From: Chloroflexota bacterium
GTDB taxonomy: Bacteria; Chloroflexota; UBA6077; JAJPHF01
Reading direction: 5' to 3'
NCBI GenBank assembly: GCA_035294645.1
Contig: DATGKN010000092.1
Span: 994-64,993, forward strand
Length of the DNA: 64,000 nucleotides
Within the stretch, counting starts at the first letter, position 1. Every line of letters begins with the position of its first letter. Shown here piece after piece: positions 26,586-36,384 of this stretch. The translations under genes were made by a program, and so were the position numbers. Below the pieces are notes generated by a model. The model searched no databases and was not told where the DNA came from. It was given only the letters and a program-made list of their open reading frames with translations.

Positions 26586-27995
26586 TCAGACGTTTGTGGG
26601 CGTCGGGGGCGGCGCGGCAAACGGCTGCTCGGCGAAGTCGAGCCCGAGCTGAGAGTCTTGCAGCAGCTTCTCGTACACCAGGTTGCCGCTGCGCCCGCTC
26701 GGCATGCACTGGACGCAGTCGGCGCTCAGGTGCCGGCGCGGCAGCGTGGCCAGAATCTGCGCTATGGGCTGGGCGACGATGCTGCCGAACGTGCGCGCCG
26801 CCGTGGCGAAGCGCGGCTCGGCGATTAGATCGCAGGCGGCAACCAGCCCAAAAGGGCTGATCGCCGGCCGGTAGTACTTGGCGAAGCACGCGCCGGCACG
26901 TCCACTGACGGCCGGTTCCCCATTGGCTAGGGCGGTGAGATCGTCGGAGAAATCGATGTGCACCCCCGCGTAGTCGCCCGCGACCAGCGCCTGCCGCACC
27001 GCTACCAGCTGCGCCCGCAAATGCTGCCGCTGACTTGGTGTGAGCGTCGTCACCGCGACTTCGTCCTGCCGGATGTTCAGGAAGTCCACGCCCACGTCGC
27101 GGGCGAACGCGCACATGGCGGCGACCTCGTGCACGTTCAGCGGCTGGACCACGAAGCCGATGCCGACCTGCAACGGGCTGCCGCTGGCATCACGGGCCGC
27201 CAGGAGCTGCCGCAGCCCTTGGCTGACCTGGGCCAGCGCCTGCGCACGGGCCGGTAGCCCCACGATCTGGTCGTAGGTCGTAGGGTGCGGCGAGTGCAGA
27301 CTCACGCGCACGCGGTCGGCGGCCAACAGCGCGCCGGTGAGTGCGTCGGCCTGCCGCGCCAGGTTGAAGCCATTGGTGTAAAGGTGCACACGGTAGCCCA
27401 GCGCGCCCGCCCGCCGGATGAGCCGAGGCAACTCGGGATGTAGCAACGGCTCGCCCCCGCCCGAGAGCACCACCGTGTGCGCACCGTACTCCCGCAGGGC
27501 CGCGAGCGTCCGGAGCCAGGTATCGGCATCGAGGTAGCGCGCGGCGGCCAGGCCCTGACGGGCGTACGTGAACTCCTGCTTGTCGGACCACAGGCACATC
27601 GCGCAGCGGTACTGGCAACTGCCTGGGGTAGCATGGATCTCGACGACCCGGGAGGCCACAGGCTCCCCCTGCAGAAGACGCCGCGCGTACGCCGGGTCGG
27701 CGAGCCAGTCGCCGATAGTCTCGCGGGCGAAAGCGTACAGGAGGCGCCGCGCGTAGAACGGCGAAGTCGTGTACTGATGCACGGCGGGGGCGCCCTGCAG
27801 CCAGCGGTACGCCGCCTTCACCTCCGCCAGCCCGACCTGGAGCGTACGCATGAGCTGGCGTGCCGACACCGTCGGCTGGAACAGGTGCGCGGCGACGATC
27901 GCGCGCTGGCGCGGGGAGAGCGGGGCGCTACGGATGGCGTGGTAGACGGCGTGTTCCCAAGGCTGCGAAGGGACGTGATCATATTCGGTTGCCAT
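26586..27995 (-). CDS. radical SAM enzyme with about 110-aa N-terminal extension containing an HTH-like segment
   Basis: ATG 27995 after GAGGAG. CX3CX2C = C127-Q-Y-R-C131-A-M-C134, GGEPLLHP SAM-binding motif. Residues 26-66 LSPRQRAIVAAHLFQPTVSARQLMRTLQVGLAEVKAAYRWL look like sigma-70 region 4. Confidence 0.8.
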   Translation of the reverse strand: MATEYDHVPSQPWEHAVYHAIRSAPLSPRQRAIVAAHLFQPTVSARQLMRTLQVGLAEVKAAYRWLQGAPAVHQYTTSPFYARRLLYAFARETIGDWLADPAYARRLLQGEPVASRVVEIHATPGSCQYRCAMCLWSDKQEFTYARQGLAAARYLDADTWLRTLAALREYGAHTVVLSGGGEPLLHPELPRLIRRAGALGYRVHLYTNGFNLARQADALTGALLAADRVRVSLHSPHPTTYDQIVGLPARAQALAQVSQGLRQLLAARDASGSPLQVGIGFVVQPLNVHEVAAMCAFARDVGVDFLNIRQDEVAVTTLTPSQRQHLRAQLVAVRQALVAGDYAGVHIDFSDDLTALANGEPAVSGRAGACFAKYYRPAISPFGLVAACDLIAEPRFATAARTFGSIVAQPIAQILATLPRRHLSADCVQCMPSGRSGNLVYEKLLQDSQLGLDFAEQPFAAPPPTPTNV

Positions 27996-28078
27996 GAGGC
28001 TCCTCGCTCGCCACTCCGCAGGAGCCACGACGGGGCCGATGACGCCCCATCGTGGCGGTGGAAGAGCGGCGGTGGGCG

Positions 28079-29233
28079 CTACGCGACTGACGTTGTCAAT
28101 AAGCGCTCGTAGATCGCTTGCACGCGCTCGGTGGCGTGTCGCAGGTCGAAGTGGCTCACCACGTGGGCACGCGCGGCACGGCCGAGCGCGGCGGCCGCGC
28201 CGGGGTTGCGCAGGAGGTCGGTCACCGCGGCGGCGGCCGCCGCGGCATCGCCCGGCGGGACCAGGCGCCCGACCCCCGGCCGGCTGATGATCTCGGGGAC
28301 GCCACCGGCCTCTGCGGCGACCACGGGCTTCCCTGTGGCCATCGCCTCGACGATGACGATGCCGAACGGCTCGGGCCGCAGGGAGCAGTGGACGAACACG
28401 TCCATGGCGGCAAGCAGCTCGGGAATGTCCTGGCGATCGACCAGCACGGTGGTGCAGGCCGCCAACCCCAGCGCCCGCAGGCGCGCCTGCACGCGGGCCA
28501 GGTAGTCGGGGTAAGCGGCCAGCCGGGAGCCGACGAGCAGGAAGCGCGCCTCGGGCACGCGCTGGCGCACCAGCGCCGCTATCTCCGCGAACAGCTCGGC
28601 CCCCTTCCAGGGGATCAGCCGGCCGACGAACCCCACCACCGGCGCCTCGCCGGGGATGCCCAGCGCCGCGCGGGTCGCGGCGCCGTCGCGCGCGGGATGG
28701 AAGCGCTCCAGGTCGACCCCGTTGTGGACCACCTCGATCCGCGGCCGCGCCCAGGGCGGAAAGCGCGCACGCACCGCGACCGAGCTGACGATGATTCGGC
28801 TAGCCAGCGCCGCGGTCGTCCAGTACAACGCCTGCCCGACAAGCCGCGGCCGGTCTAGAAACTCGCCGCTGTGCCACAGCGCCGGCCGCCCGGCCAGGCG
28901 TGCGGCGAGCCCACCCGTGAGCAGGAGCAGCGAGTTGGTGTACACCAGGGCGACGCCCCGCTCGCGGATCAGCCGGCGGAGCCGGGCCACGTTGGGTAGC
29001 GTGCTGGCCAGCAGGTGCCATGGCCGCGCCGCGCGGGTCACCGCCGGTAGCGGTAGGTGCAGCACCTCCACGCCCAGGCGGGCGTAGGCGGCATCGAACG
29101 GCCCCGGGCCCGGTAGCACCACGATGGGTGTGAAGCGCGTCCGGTCGAGCGTGCTCACCGTGGCGAACAGGTCGGTGTCGGCGCCGCCCAGCTCGGCCGT
29201 GGCGTTGAGGTACAGGATGGTGCGTGGGCTCAT
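28079..29233 (-). CDS. glycosyltransferase family 4 (GT-B)
   Basis: 384 aa. RLIPWKG, EX7E block EPFGIVIVEAMATGKPVV. Confidence 0.85.
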   Translation of the reverse strand: MSPRTILYLNATAELGGADTDLFATVSTLDRTRFTPIVVLPGPGPFDAAYARLGVEVLHLPLPAVTRAARPWHLLASTLPNVARLRRLIRERGVALVYTNSLLLLTGGLAARLAGRPALWHSGEFLDRPRLVGQALYWTTAALASRIIVSSVAVRARFPPWARPRIEVVHNGVDLERFHPARDGAATRAALGIPGEAPVVGFVGRLIPWKGAELFAEIAALVRQRVPEARFLLVGSRLAAYPDYLARVQARLRALGLAACTTVLVDRQDIPELLAAMDVFVHCSLRPEPFGIVIVEAMATGKPVVAAEAGGVPEIISRPGVGRLVPPGDAAAAAAAVTDLLRNPGAAAALGRAARAHVVSHFDLRHATERVQAIYERLLTTSVA

Positions 29234-29958
29234 GTGCGCCTCTTCACCACCCGCGCCGGATTGCCGACGGCCACCGAGGCGGGCGGCACATCGCGCGTCA
29301 CCACGGCGCCAGCCCCGACCACGGAGCGCGCGCCGATGCGCACGCCGTCGAGCACGATCACACTGTTGCCGAGCCAGCAGCCATCCTCGATGGTAATGCC
29401 CTCGCGCGTGACCCCTTGCTCGTTGATGGCGCGGGCGGGGTCCGCGAAGTTGTGGTTCTCCGCCAGCAGCTGTACGTAGGCCCCGAGAGCGACATCGCGC
29501 CCGATGGTGATCAGCCCGCCGGCGCCCAGCAGGCAGTGCGGGCCGATGTAAGTATTGTCGCCGACCACCAACCCCTCGCCGGGATTGGTGAGGTGCGAGG
29601 TGACCTGCACCCAGCCGAACTCGCGCAGACGCACATTGTGGCCCAGGGTAACACCGTGGCGGCCGTAGCAGGTCATGTACACGTAGTCGCCGATCGCCAC
29701 GTTGCGTCCTACGGTCAGGTAGTCGGGAAACAGGATGCGGGTCTGCCGTCCCAAGAAGAAACGGCCCCCACAGGCCCGCAGGCGCGGGCGCAGCAGGAGA
29801 CCGCGCAGGTACGCCCAGAAGCCCTTGTGGTAGGCGTAGTAGGCCACCAGCGACAGTGGCGGCGCCATGGCAGGAGCGCGGACCAGCTTGGTAGGGTCGA
29901 TCCCCATCAACCGCAGGTAGAGCCGATCGGCCGGTGGGCGAGGCGTTTGGAGGGCCAT
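29230..29958 (-). CDS. hexapeptide-repeat (LbH) acyl/acetyltransferase, WcaF-like
   Basis: ATG 29958. Left-handed beta-helix repeats (VGDNTYIGPHCLL, IGRDVALGAYV, IEDGCWLGNSVIVLDGVRIGARSVVGAGAVV). Confidence 0.75.
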   Translation of the reverse strand: MALQTPRPPADRLYLRLMGIDPTKLVRAPAMAPPLSLVAYYAYHKGFWAYLRGLLLRPRLRACGGRFFLGRQTRILFPDYLTVGRNVAIGDYVYMTCYGRHGVTLGHNVRLREFGWVQVTSHLTNPGEGLVVGDNTYIGPHCLLGAGGLITIGRDVALGAYVQLLAENHNFADPARAINEQGVTREGITIEDGCWLGNSVIVLDGVRIGARSVVGAGAVVTRDVPPASVAVGNPARVVKRRT

Positions 29959-29962
29959 AGGG

Positions 29963-31093
29963 TCACCTGCTCTCGTCGTAGACCTCGCGGTACACGGCAT
30001 AGGTGGCGCGCGCGGTGCGCTCCCAGGTGAAGCGTTGCGCGCGCACCAGGCCGCGCTCGCGCAGCTGGGCGCGCAGTGCGGGGTCGGTGAGCACCCGCAC
30101 CACCGCGTCGGCGAGCGCCGATAGATCGGTAGGCGGCACGAGCAGGCCCGCCTCGCCGACCACCTCGGGCAGCGCCCCGGCGGTCGCGGCGACGACCGGC
30201 GTGCCGCAGGCCATCGCCTCCAGCACCGTCAGCCCGAAGCCCTCGTACAGCGAGGGCTGTACCAGCACGTCGGCGCCGGCGTACACGGCGGGGAGGTCGG
30301 CGAGCGGCACACGCGGCCGGTGCTCGATGTCGGCGGCGATCCCCAGCCGCGCGATGAGCCGGTGCTGCGCGGGGGTGAACTCGCCGCCGGCCTTGACCAG
30401 GACGACCCGCTGGTCGAGCCGGCGGCGCAGGGCGGGCACCAGCCGCAGCAACGTCTCGACGTTCTTGTACGGCCAGCAGTGCCCGACGTGGAGCAGCCGC
30501 ACCGCGTCGTTGGGCGGCCGGTCCGCCGGGGCCAGCGGGTGGAATAGCGGCGCCACCCCGAGCGGCACCACGCGCACGCGCTCGGGTGGGTAATCCGTGA
30601 AGCGCAGCAGGTCGGCCCGCGAGCTCTCAGAGTCGGTGATCACGCGGGCCACGCGGGCGATAGCGCACAGGCTGAGCCGGTGGCCGAGGACAGCCGAGCG
30701 CACGTAGCCCTGGCTGGGGTGCTCACCAGCGGCCACGCGGGGGAGCAGCGCGTCGTGGAACGTCACTACCGTGCGGCGCGCGTCCAGGCTGAAGGCCAGG
30801 TGCCCGTACCCATGGTCGACGATATGGTTCACATCCGCGTCGTGCCGCCAGGCGTGCCACTGGTAGGCGACGTAGCGGTCGACATACCCCGCGAAGCGCT
30901 CTAGGACCGGCCATCCGCGCGTGGCCCGCCGCAGGCGCCCGGCCGGCTGGCAGTGCTCGATCACCGGCGCGGCATCGAGGGCCGTCAAGGCCGCGGTCAG
31001 CTCGCGCGCGTACACCTCCATGCTCGTGCGCCCCTCACCGGGCAGGGTGTGAAACAGGCGCACCCGGAGGGGAGCGCGCTGGAAACCGTCCAT
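29963..31093 (-). CDS. glycosyltransferase family 4
   Basis: Real part of ORF 29963-31303. ATG 31093 shares one base with the upstream TGA. EGFGLTVLEAMACGTPVV. Confidence 0.85.
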   Translation of the reverse strand: MDGFQRAPLRVRLFHTLPGEGRTSMEVYARELTAALTALDAAPVIEHCQPAGRLRRATRGWPVLERFAGYVDRYVAYQWHAWRHDADVNHIVDHGYGHLAFSLDARRTVVTFHDALLPRVAAGEHPSQGYVRSAVLGHRLSLCAIARVARVITDSESSRADLLRFTDYPPERVRVVPLGVAPLFHPLAPADRPPNDAVRLLHVGHCWPYKNVETLLRLVPALRRRLDQRVVLVKAGGEFTPAQHRLIARLGIAADIEHRPRVPLADLPAVYAGADVLVQPSLYEGFGLTVLEAMACGTPVVAATAGALPEVVGEAGLLVPPTDLSALADAVVRVLTDPALRAQLRERGLVRAQRFTWERTARATYAVYREVYDESR

Positions 31094-32400
31094 CACCCCG
31101 TCCCCTGTACAGGAGCCGGGGCGACCGCGCCCTCGCGTCGCAGCTGGCCTTCGACCAGCAGGCTGCCGTAGCAGACCAGCAGCAGTACGGTGAGGATCAG
31201 CGTGGCGCGCGCCAGATGGTGGTACGATGCCACGGCGATCACGAGCGTGGGCACCACAACCGCCGCGACGATCACGAGCCGCGTGACCCGCGCTGGCCGC
31301 CATTCCACCAGTAGGTCGGCCAGGGGCATCACCAGGAGCAGCAGGCCATAGCTATGGCTGTGGTACGCCGTGAGGACAGTGGCCAGCATCAAAACGGTCA
31401 TCTGCAACGGGAAGCGCGGCGTCGCGGGGCGCCATGGGCCGCGCCACAGCGCGAGCGCGCCCAGAGCAGTCACCACGCTGGCGGCGAGCGTCAGCTCCAG
31501 GCGCGGCGTGTCGCCGACCGCGCGCAGCCCACGCAGCACCAGCGCGCGCCAGTTCGTCATCAAGTGCGGCGAGACGTACGGATCGGCGGTGCCACTGAAG
31601 TCCGTGTACGTGCGGGTGGCGGCGAGGAACGCGGTAAACGTGCCCAGCCCCCCGACCAGTAGCGAGCCCCCCAGCAGCAGCAGCCCGACCCCCGCGACCC
31701 CGGCGACGACGCGCCACCGCCGCTTCCACAGGAGCACCAGGCCGAGCAAGAGGCCGTAGTGCGGTTTCAGCAGCAGCCATCCGAGCCAGAAGCCCGCACG
31801 CCCCTCGTGTCCGGCCCGCAGAGCGAGATAGCTCTCGGCGAAGGCGCAGGCGAGCAACACCTGGACCTGCCCCGAGGCCAAGGCGGAGACCAGTGGCAGC
31901 GCGCTACACAGCAGCAGCGCGACCCAAAATCGCTGACCGCTAGGAAAGCGCTGGGCCGCGCGCCAGGCGAGGTATAGGGCCGCCCCGCCGTTGACCGCGG
32001 TCCACAGGAGGAAACCGACGTGCGGCGGCAGCGCCAGCAGCGGACGGAACGCCCAGGTGAACAATGGGGGGTAGGCGGTGTTGCCGGGCGGCGCGGGCTC
32101 CGCGCTCGCCTGCGCATAGTACGGGCGGAGGTCCGCCAGGTGCGCCGTCCACCGGTCCGGGTGATAAGCGTTGGCGGGGTCCTCGGACCAGAAGCCGTGC
32201 GCCATTAGATAGTAGAGCTTGTAATCGATCCCGATCGCGTTCAGTAAGCCGGTCTCCTGATACACGGTCCACAGGGCGTGGCCGTTGAGCAGTCCCGCGA
32301 GCGCGACAGCCAAGAGCCGAACCCACCAGCTCCGCCCGATGGCGGTCAGCCACGCCCACCAGCCCGGTAAACGCGCGTCATATGCTCGATCGATCCACAC
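31093..32400 (-). CDS. polytopic GT-C-type membrane glycosyltransferase (DUF2029/GT87-like)
   Basis: 435 aa, 10 or more TM. Y-PP loop (NTAYPPLFTW), GQVQVLLAC and LLLKPHYG blocks, as in DUF2029 polyprenol-phosphate-sugar-dependent transferases. Confidence 0.6.
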   Translation of the reverse strand: MWIDRAYDARLPGWWAWLTAIGRSWWVRLLAVALAGLLNGHALWTVYQETGLLNAIGIDYKLYYLMAHGFWSEDPANAYHPDRWTAHLADLRPYYAQASAEPAPPGNTAYPPLFTWAFRPLLALPPHVGFLLWTAVNGGAALYLAWRAAQRFPSGQRFWVALLLCSALPLVSALASGQVQVLLACAFAESYLALRAGHEGRAGFWLGWLLLKPHYGLLLGLVLLWKRRWRVVAGVAGVGLLLLGGSLLVGGLGTFTAFLAATRTYTDFSGTADPYVSPHLMTNWRALVLRGLRAVGDTPRLELTLAASVVTALGALALWRGPWRPATPRFPLQMTVLMLATVLTAYHSHSYGLLLLVMPLADLLVEWRPARVTRLVIVAAVVVPTLVIAVASYHHLARATLILTVLLLVCYGSLLVEGQLRREGAVAPAPVQGTG

Positions 32401-32424
32401 GCTGTTGCCTCCACCGCGTGGCGG

Positions 32425-33681
32425 TCAGACGAGTCGCGGTTCGGGCACTGGTACGAGGAAGCGCCCGCCGGCGGCCGTGAACCACGCCAGCTGGGCGCGG
32501 ATCTCGTCGGCCAGGTTCCAGGCCAGCAGCAGGAGCACTGCCGGTGGGTCGGCGGTTAGGCGGTCCGGCGCCACGATAGGGATGCGCGTGCCGGGAGTGA
32601 GCCGCCCTTGCTTCAGCGGGTTGCGGTCCACGATGTAGGCGACATCGTCGCGCGAGAGCCCGCAGTAGGCGAGCAGCGTGTTCCCCTTGGCAGTGGCACC
32701 GTAGGCGGCGAGCCGCTGGCCGCCGGCCCGGAGCGTGCGGACCTGCGTCCGCAGCGCCTCGCGCAGGGCCGCCGCGCGGGCGGCGAAGGCGCGCAGCCCG
32801 GCCGCAGTCACCACCCCGGCGGCCCGCTCGCGCTCCAGCAGGGGGCCGACGGCCGGTGCGGGTGTCCAGCCGTGATCGGCCCGCACAGCGACTAGGCGCA
32901 GCGAGCCGCCGTGAATCGCCTGGGGCACGGCGTCGATGATGCGCAGCCCGGCCAACGCGCACAGCAGCCGCAGCGCGTGGAGCGAGAAGTAGCAGACATG
33001 CTCGTGGTAGATCGTGTCGAACTCGTTGTGCTCCACGAGGTCGCAGAGGCTGGGCGACTCGTTGACGAACAGCCCGTCGCGGGCCAGCAGCAGGCGCACG
33101 CCGCACAGCACCCGCACAGGCGCCTGCACGTGGGCCAGCACGTTGGTAGCGACCACGGCCGCCGCCGGGCCGTACTCACGGCGGATCAGCTCGGCGGTCG
33201 GCTCGTCGAAGAAGCGGTTGAGCGTCGGCAGCCCGCGCGCGTTCGCGGCGGCGGCGATGTTGGTGGCGGGCTCTACTCCCAGCACCCGCAGCCCGCGCCG
33301 CTGGAAGGCGGCCAGCAGGGCGCCGTCGTTACTGCCAATCTCGACCACCAGGCTGCCGGACCGGAGGGCGGCCCGCGCGCAGACATCGTCGGCGAGCTCC
33401 TCGCAGTGGGCCAGCCAGGTCGTGGACGTGGATGGCACGTACAGGTACGACGAGAACATCAGCGCGGGGGCAACGACATGCGTGAGCTGCACGAGCAGGC
33501 AGCTCTGGCAGAGCTGGATGCCCAGCGGGTAGCGCGGCTCCACCGCCGCGGCGTCCGGGGCGATGAGGTCGTTGGCCAGCGCCTGCGGGCCCAGGTCGAG
33601 CAGCGGCGCCAGGTCGCGCGAGCCGCACACGAGGCACGCGTCGACCGCGCGGCAGGGCGGAGCAGCCAGGGAGAGAGTCAT
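32425..33681 (-). CDS. SAM-dependent NDP-hexose C-methyltransferase-type enzyme (Zn-ribbon + class I MT + C-terminal domain; TylCIII/TcaB9 architecture)
   Basis: ATG 33681 in ATGA overlap. N-terminal CLVCGS...CQSC zinc motif, MT core VVEIGSNDG, C-terminal AAYGATAKGNTLLAYCGL...IVDRNPLKQG. Confidence 0.75.
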   Translation of the reverse strand: MTLSLAAPPCRAVDACLVCGSRDLAPLLDLGPQALANDLIAPDAAAVEPRYPLGIQLCQSCLLVQLTHVVAPALMFSSYLYVPSTSTTWLAHCEELADDVCARAALRSGSLVVEIGSNDGALLAAFQRRGLRVLGVEPATNIAAAANARGLPTLNRFFDEPTAELIRREYGPAAAVVATNVLAHVQAPVRVLCGVRLLLARDGLFVNESPSLCDLVEHNEFDTIYHEHVCYFSLHALRLLCALAGLRIIDAVPQAIHGGSLRLVAVRADHGWTPAPAVGPLLERERAAGVVTAAGLRAFAARAAALREALRTQVRTLRAGGQRLAAYGATAKGNTLLAYCGLSRDDVAYIVDRNPLKQGRLTPGTRIPIVAPDRLTADPPAVLLLLAWNLADEIRAQLAWFTAAGGRFLVPVPEPRLV

Positions 33682-34706
33682 GCGGGAGCCTCCAACAGCG
33701 TGCAGAACCGCAGACGGGGATCGATCTGGCCGGCGCCACGCAGGCGCTGCAGGTGCAGCAAGCGCACGCCGTCCTCGCGGGAGCGCAGCCCCACCCGCCG
33801 GTAGTGGGCTAGGAGATCCTCGATCCCGGCGTGGAGGTCGTAGGCGCAACGGAAGGCGGGGAGAACAGTGCGGATGCGCCCGAAACGCACGCGGTAGCTG
33901 CGGCGGTCGGCGCTGGCACCGGGCGCGACCACCACGCGGCTACCAGGCACATGCGCTGCAACGGCACGCGCGATGGTCATGACCGTGTAGTTCTGTTCAT
34001 CGGCGCCGACGTTGTACACCTGGCGGTTGACCGTCTCGACGGGCGCAGCGAGGGTGAGCACCACGGCGCGGGCGATGTCCTGCACGTGCACCAGGGGCCG
34101 CCAGGCCGAGCCATCGCTGTTCAGCCGGATCGCGCCCTCCAAGAAGGCTCCAGCAGTGAGATCGTTCACTACGAGGTCGGTACGCAGGTTGGGCGAGTAG
34201 CCGAACGCGGTCGCATTGCGCAGCGCGGTAACGCAGAAGGTGGGGCTGGCCAGCGCGACCAGCCGCTGCTCGGCGGCAACTTTGTACTCGCCGTACACTG
34301 TTACAGGGCGCGGGGGCGTCTGCTCGTCCACCCAGGGCGCCTGCGCAGCGCCGTACACGCTGCACGACGACGCGAACAGGAACCGGCGCACGCCCGCCCG
34401 GCGGGCGAGGTACGCCAGGCGCACCGTGGCCACCAGATTGATCTCGGCGGTGAGCGCCGGGTCGAGCATGCCCAGTGGGTCATTCGACAGCCCGGCCAAG
34501 TGCACGACCGCCTCGACCCCGTGCAGTTCTTCCAGCTCGACATCGCGCACATCGCGCCGGCGCGTATGGACGGCCGGACCGGGCTCCAGGGCCGCGGCCG
34601 CGAACAGGCCACTGTCCAGCCCCTGCACTTCGTGGCCAGCCTCGAGCAGCGCCTGCACGACCGGCGGCCCGAGGTAGCCGAGATTGCCTGTCACGAGCAC
34701 ACGCAT
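33678..34706 (-). CDS. NAD-dependent epimerase/dehydratase (extended SDR)
   Basis: ATG 34706 after GGAGGA. VTGNLGYLG, catalytic YGEYK. Confidence 0.85.
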   Translation of the reverse strand: MRVLVTGNLGYLGPPVVQALLEAGHEVQGLDSGLFAAAALEPGPAVHTRRRDVRDVELEELHGVEAVVHLAGLSNDPLGMLDPALTAEINLVATVRLAYLARRAGVRRFLFASSCSVYGAAQAPWVDEQTPPRPVTVYGEYKVAAEQRLVALASPTFCVTALRNATAFGYSPNLRTDLVVNDLTAGAFLEGAIRLNSDGSAWRPLVHVQDIARAVVLTLAAPVETVNRQVYNVGADEQNYTVMTIARAVAAHVPGSRVVVAPGASADRRSYRVRFGRIRTVLPAFRCAYDLHAGIEDLLAHYRRVGLRSREDGVRLLHLQRLRGAGQIDPRLRFCTLLEAPA

Positions 34707-34764
34707 TGTCAATCCTCCAGCGCGATGCCGCATAGCGGTGGAGCCCATCCAGGGGGCAGCGATC

Positions 34765-36120
34765 TCAGGGGCCCGGCGGCACGAGCCCCTGGTGCAGCAG
34801 CGTGTCGGCCAGGAACTCGCCCAGCGCGCGGTGGCCCGCGGGCGTGAGGTGCCAGTCGCGGCGATAGTAGAGGCGCTCGTGCTGTGCGGCAGTCGCCAGC
34901 GCCAGCCAGGGATCGGCCACGGGAACGTCGGCAGCCAGCGCGGCGGCCAGCGCGATATCGTGCGTCCGCTCGAACGAGGCGAGCTCCTCGTCGGTGAGCC
35001 CCAATAGCGTGCGCGCCTGCGCCATGGCCGCCGGATCGTCGCCGGGCTCGATCATCGCCTTGGACGGGATCGGCACGAGCACCAACCGGCTGCCGTGGCG
35101 GGCGACCTGCCCGTGGAGCCGCGCCAGCAGGGCACTATACGTGCCCTGGACGGCTTCGACCCTGCGGGGATCGGTCCAAGGGCCCTGCGCGAAGTGCTGG
35201 TACCAGCAGCCCAAGCAGTCGGCCAACACGCGGCGGAGCCCCGGGGTGATGCGGGCGTCCGGGCCCCGGCCCGGGAGCGCGAGGGACAGCCGCCCATCGG
35301 CTACTCCCCCCAGCAGCCACGAGCGCTCGAGGAGCCAGCCGCGGGCCAGCCGCGCGTAGTGCCGGGCCTGGAGCCCCCAGTCGTACACCAGGTCGCCGTG
35401 GTCGTCCTCGCGCACGGCGGTGGGCGGATTCAGGTCGCCCAGGTCGTTGCCCAGGTATAGTCCCACGAGCACCAGGTCCGGCTCCAGCGACACCCCGTGG
35501 ACGAGATACCAGTAGTAGTAGTAGGCCGCCTCATACGCCCCCACCCCCGCGTTCAGCACCTCCACGTGCTCCAGGCCTGCCGCGCGCAGCCGGGTCTCCA
35601 GCACGTGGGGGTAGTGCTCGTCGTTGTTGACGTAGCCCTCGGTCTGGGAGTCGCCCAGCACCAGGATGCGGAACACCCCGGCGGGTTTCGGGACGGCGAC
35701 ATCCGTGTCGCGCCGCAGCGCCTGAGCATTGGTGCGGAACACGAACTGCCCATCGGGATGCTCGGCGAGCGGCACCTGCTCGATCGCCAGCGGCCGGTTC
35801 TCCCAGCGGAGCACGGGATGCGGTTCCCGCACGGCGCGAGACGGGCCGCACCAGCCGGGCGCGGCACAGCTCTGGCCGTTGTCCACGCCGCTACCAGCCA
35901 GCGCCCGGCGCGCGGCCACCTCCAACCCGAGCAAGCAGACCAGGCCAGACACCAGGCACAGCAGCAGCGCGAGCCAGACATGCCCACCGCCAGCGCGCCG
36001 CCGCAGAGCATGGGGCCTCGCGCCAGGGGGGCGGGTGGCGTCTCTAGCGGGCAACGGACTTTCCTCGACGCGGCCCCTGTGGGCCGGGGGGGCGATCCCC
36101 GACCCCCCCGGTGATGTCAT
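34765..36120 (-). CDS. membrane-anchored SGNH/GDSL-family hydrolase (probable glycan O-acyl esterase/transferase)
   Basis: Arg/Pro-rich N-terminal tail, one TM. Block I ILVLGDSQTEG, block V DWHLTPAGH. Confidence 0.65.
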   Translation of the reverse strand: MTSPGGSGIAPPAHRGRVEESPLPARDATRPPGARPHALRRRAGGGHVWLALLLCLVSGLVCLLGLEVAARRALAGSGVDNGQSCAAPGWCGPSRAVREPHPVLRWENRPLAIEQVPLAEHPDGQFVFRTNAQALRRDTDVAVPKPAGVFRILVLGDSQTEGYVNNDEHYPHVLETRLRAAGLEHVEVLNAGVGAYEAAYYYYWYLVHGVSLEPDLVLVGLYLGNDLGDLNPPTAVREDDHGDLVYDWGLQARHYARLARGWLLERSWLLGGVADGRLSLALPGRGPDARITPGLRRVLADCLGCWYQHFAQGPWTDPRRVEAVQGTYSALLARLHGQVARHGSRLVLVPIPSKAMIEPGDDPAAMAQARTLLGLTDEELASFERTHDIALAAALAADVPVADPWLALATAAQHERLYYRRDWHLTPAGHRALGEFLADTLLHQGLVPPGP

Positions 36121-36144
36121 GGGGCGGCCGCACCGCGACGGCTC

Positions 36145-36384
36145 TCACGGCAAGTGCCCGCGGAGCACGTCGCGAGAAAATGTCATGGCGGCCAAGAGAC
36201 TGGTCACGAACACTAGCGCCAGGAACAGGCTGACGGCGATGGCCAACACATGCCCGTCGGCGGCCCGTGGCCAGAGGAGCAGCGCGTACGCCAGTGCGAA
36301 CAGCGCCAGGAACACCCACGGCAACGCGAGCACCGCCAGCCGCTGGCCCCCCGAGAGACGCGGCCGTACCTCGTCCGCCATCAC
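36145..36384 (-). CDS. small two-TM membrane protein (79 aa), hypothetical
   Basis: GTG/ATG start overlaps the carbamoyltransferase stop (GTGA). Two clear hydrophobic helices. Confidence 0.45.
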   Translation of the reverse strand: MMADEVRPRLSGGQRLAVLALPWVFLALFALAYALLLWPRAADGHVLAIAVSLFLALVFVTSLLAAMTFSRDVLRGHLP

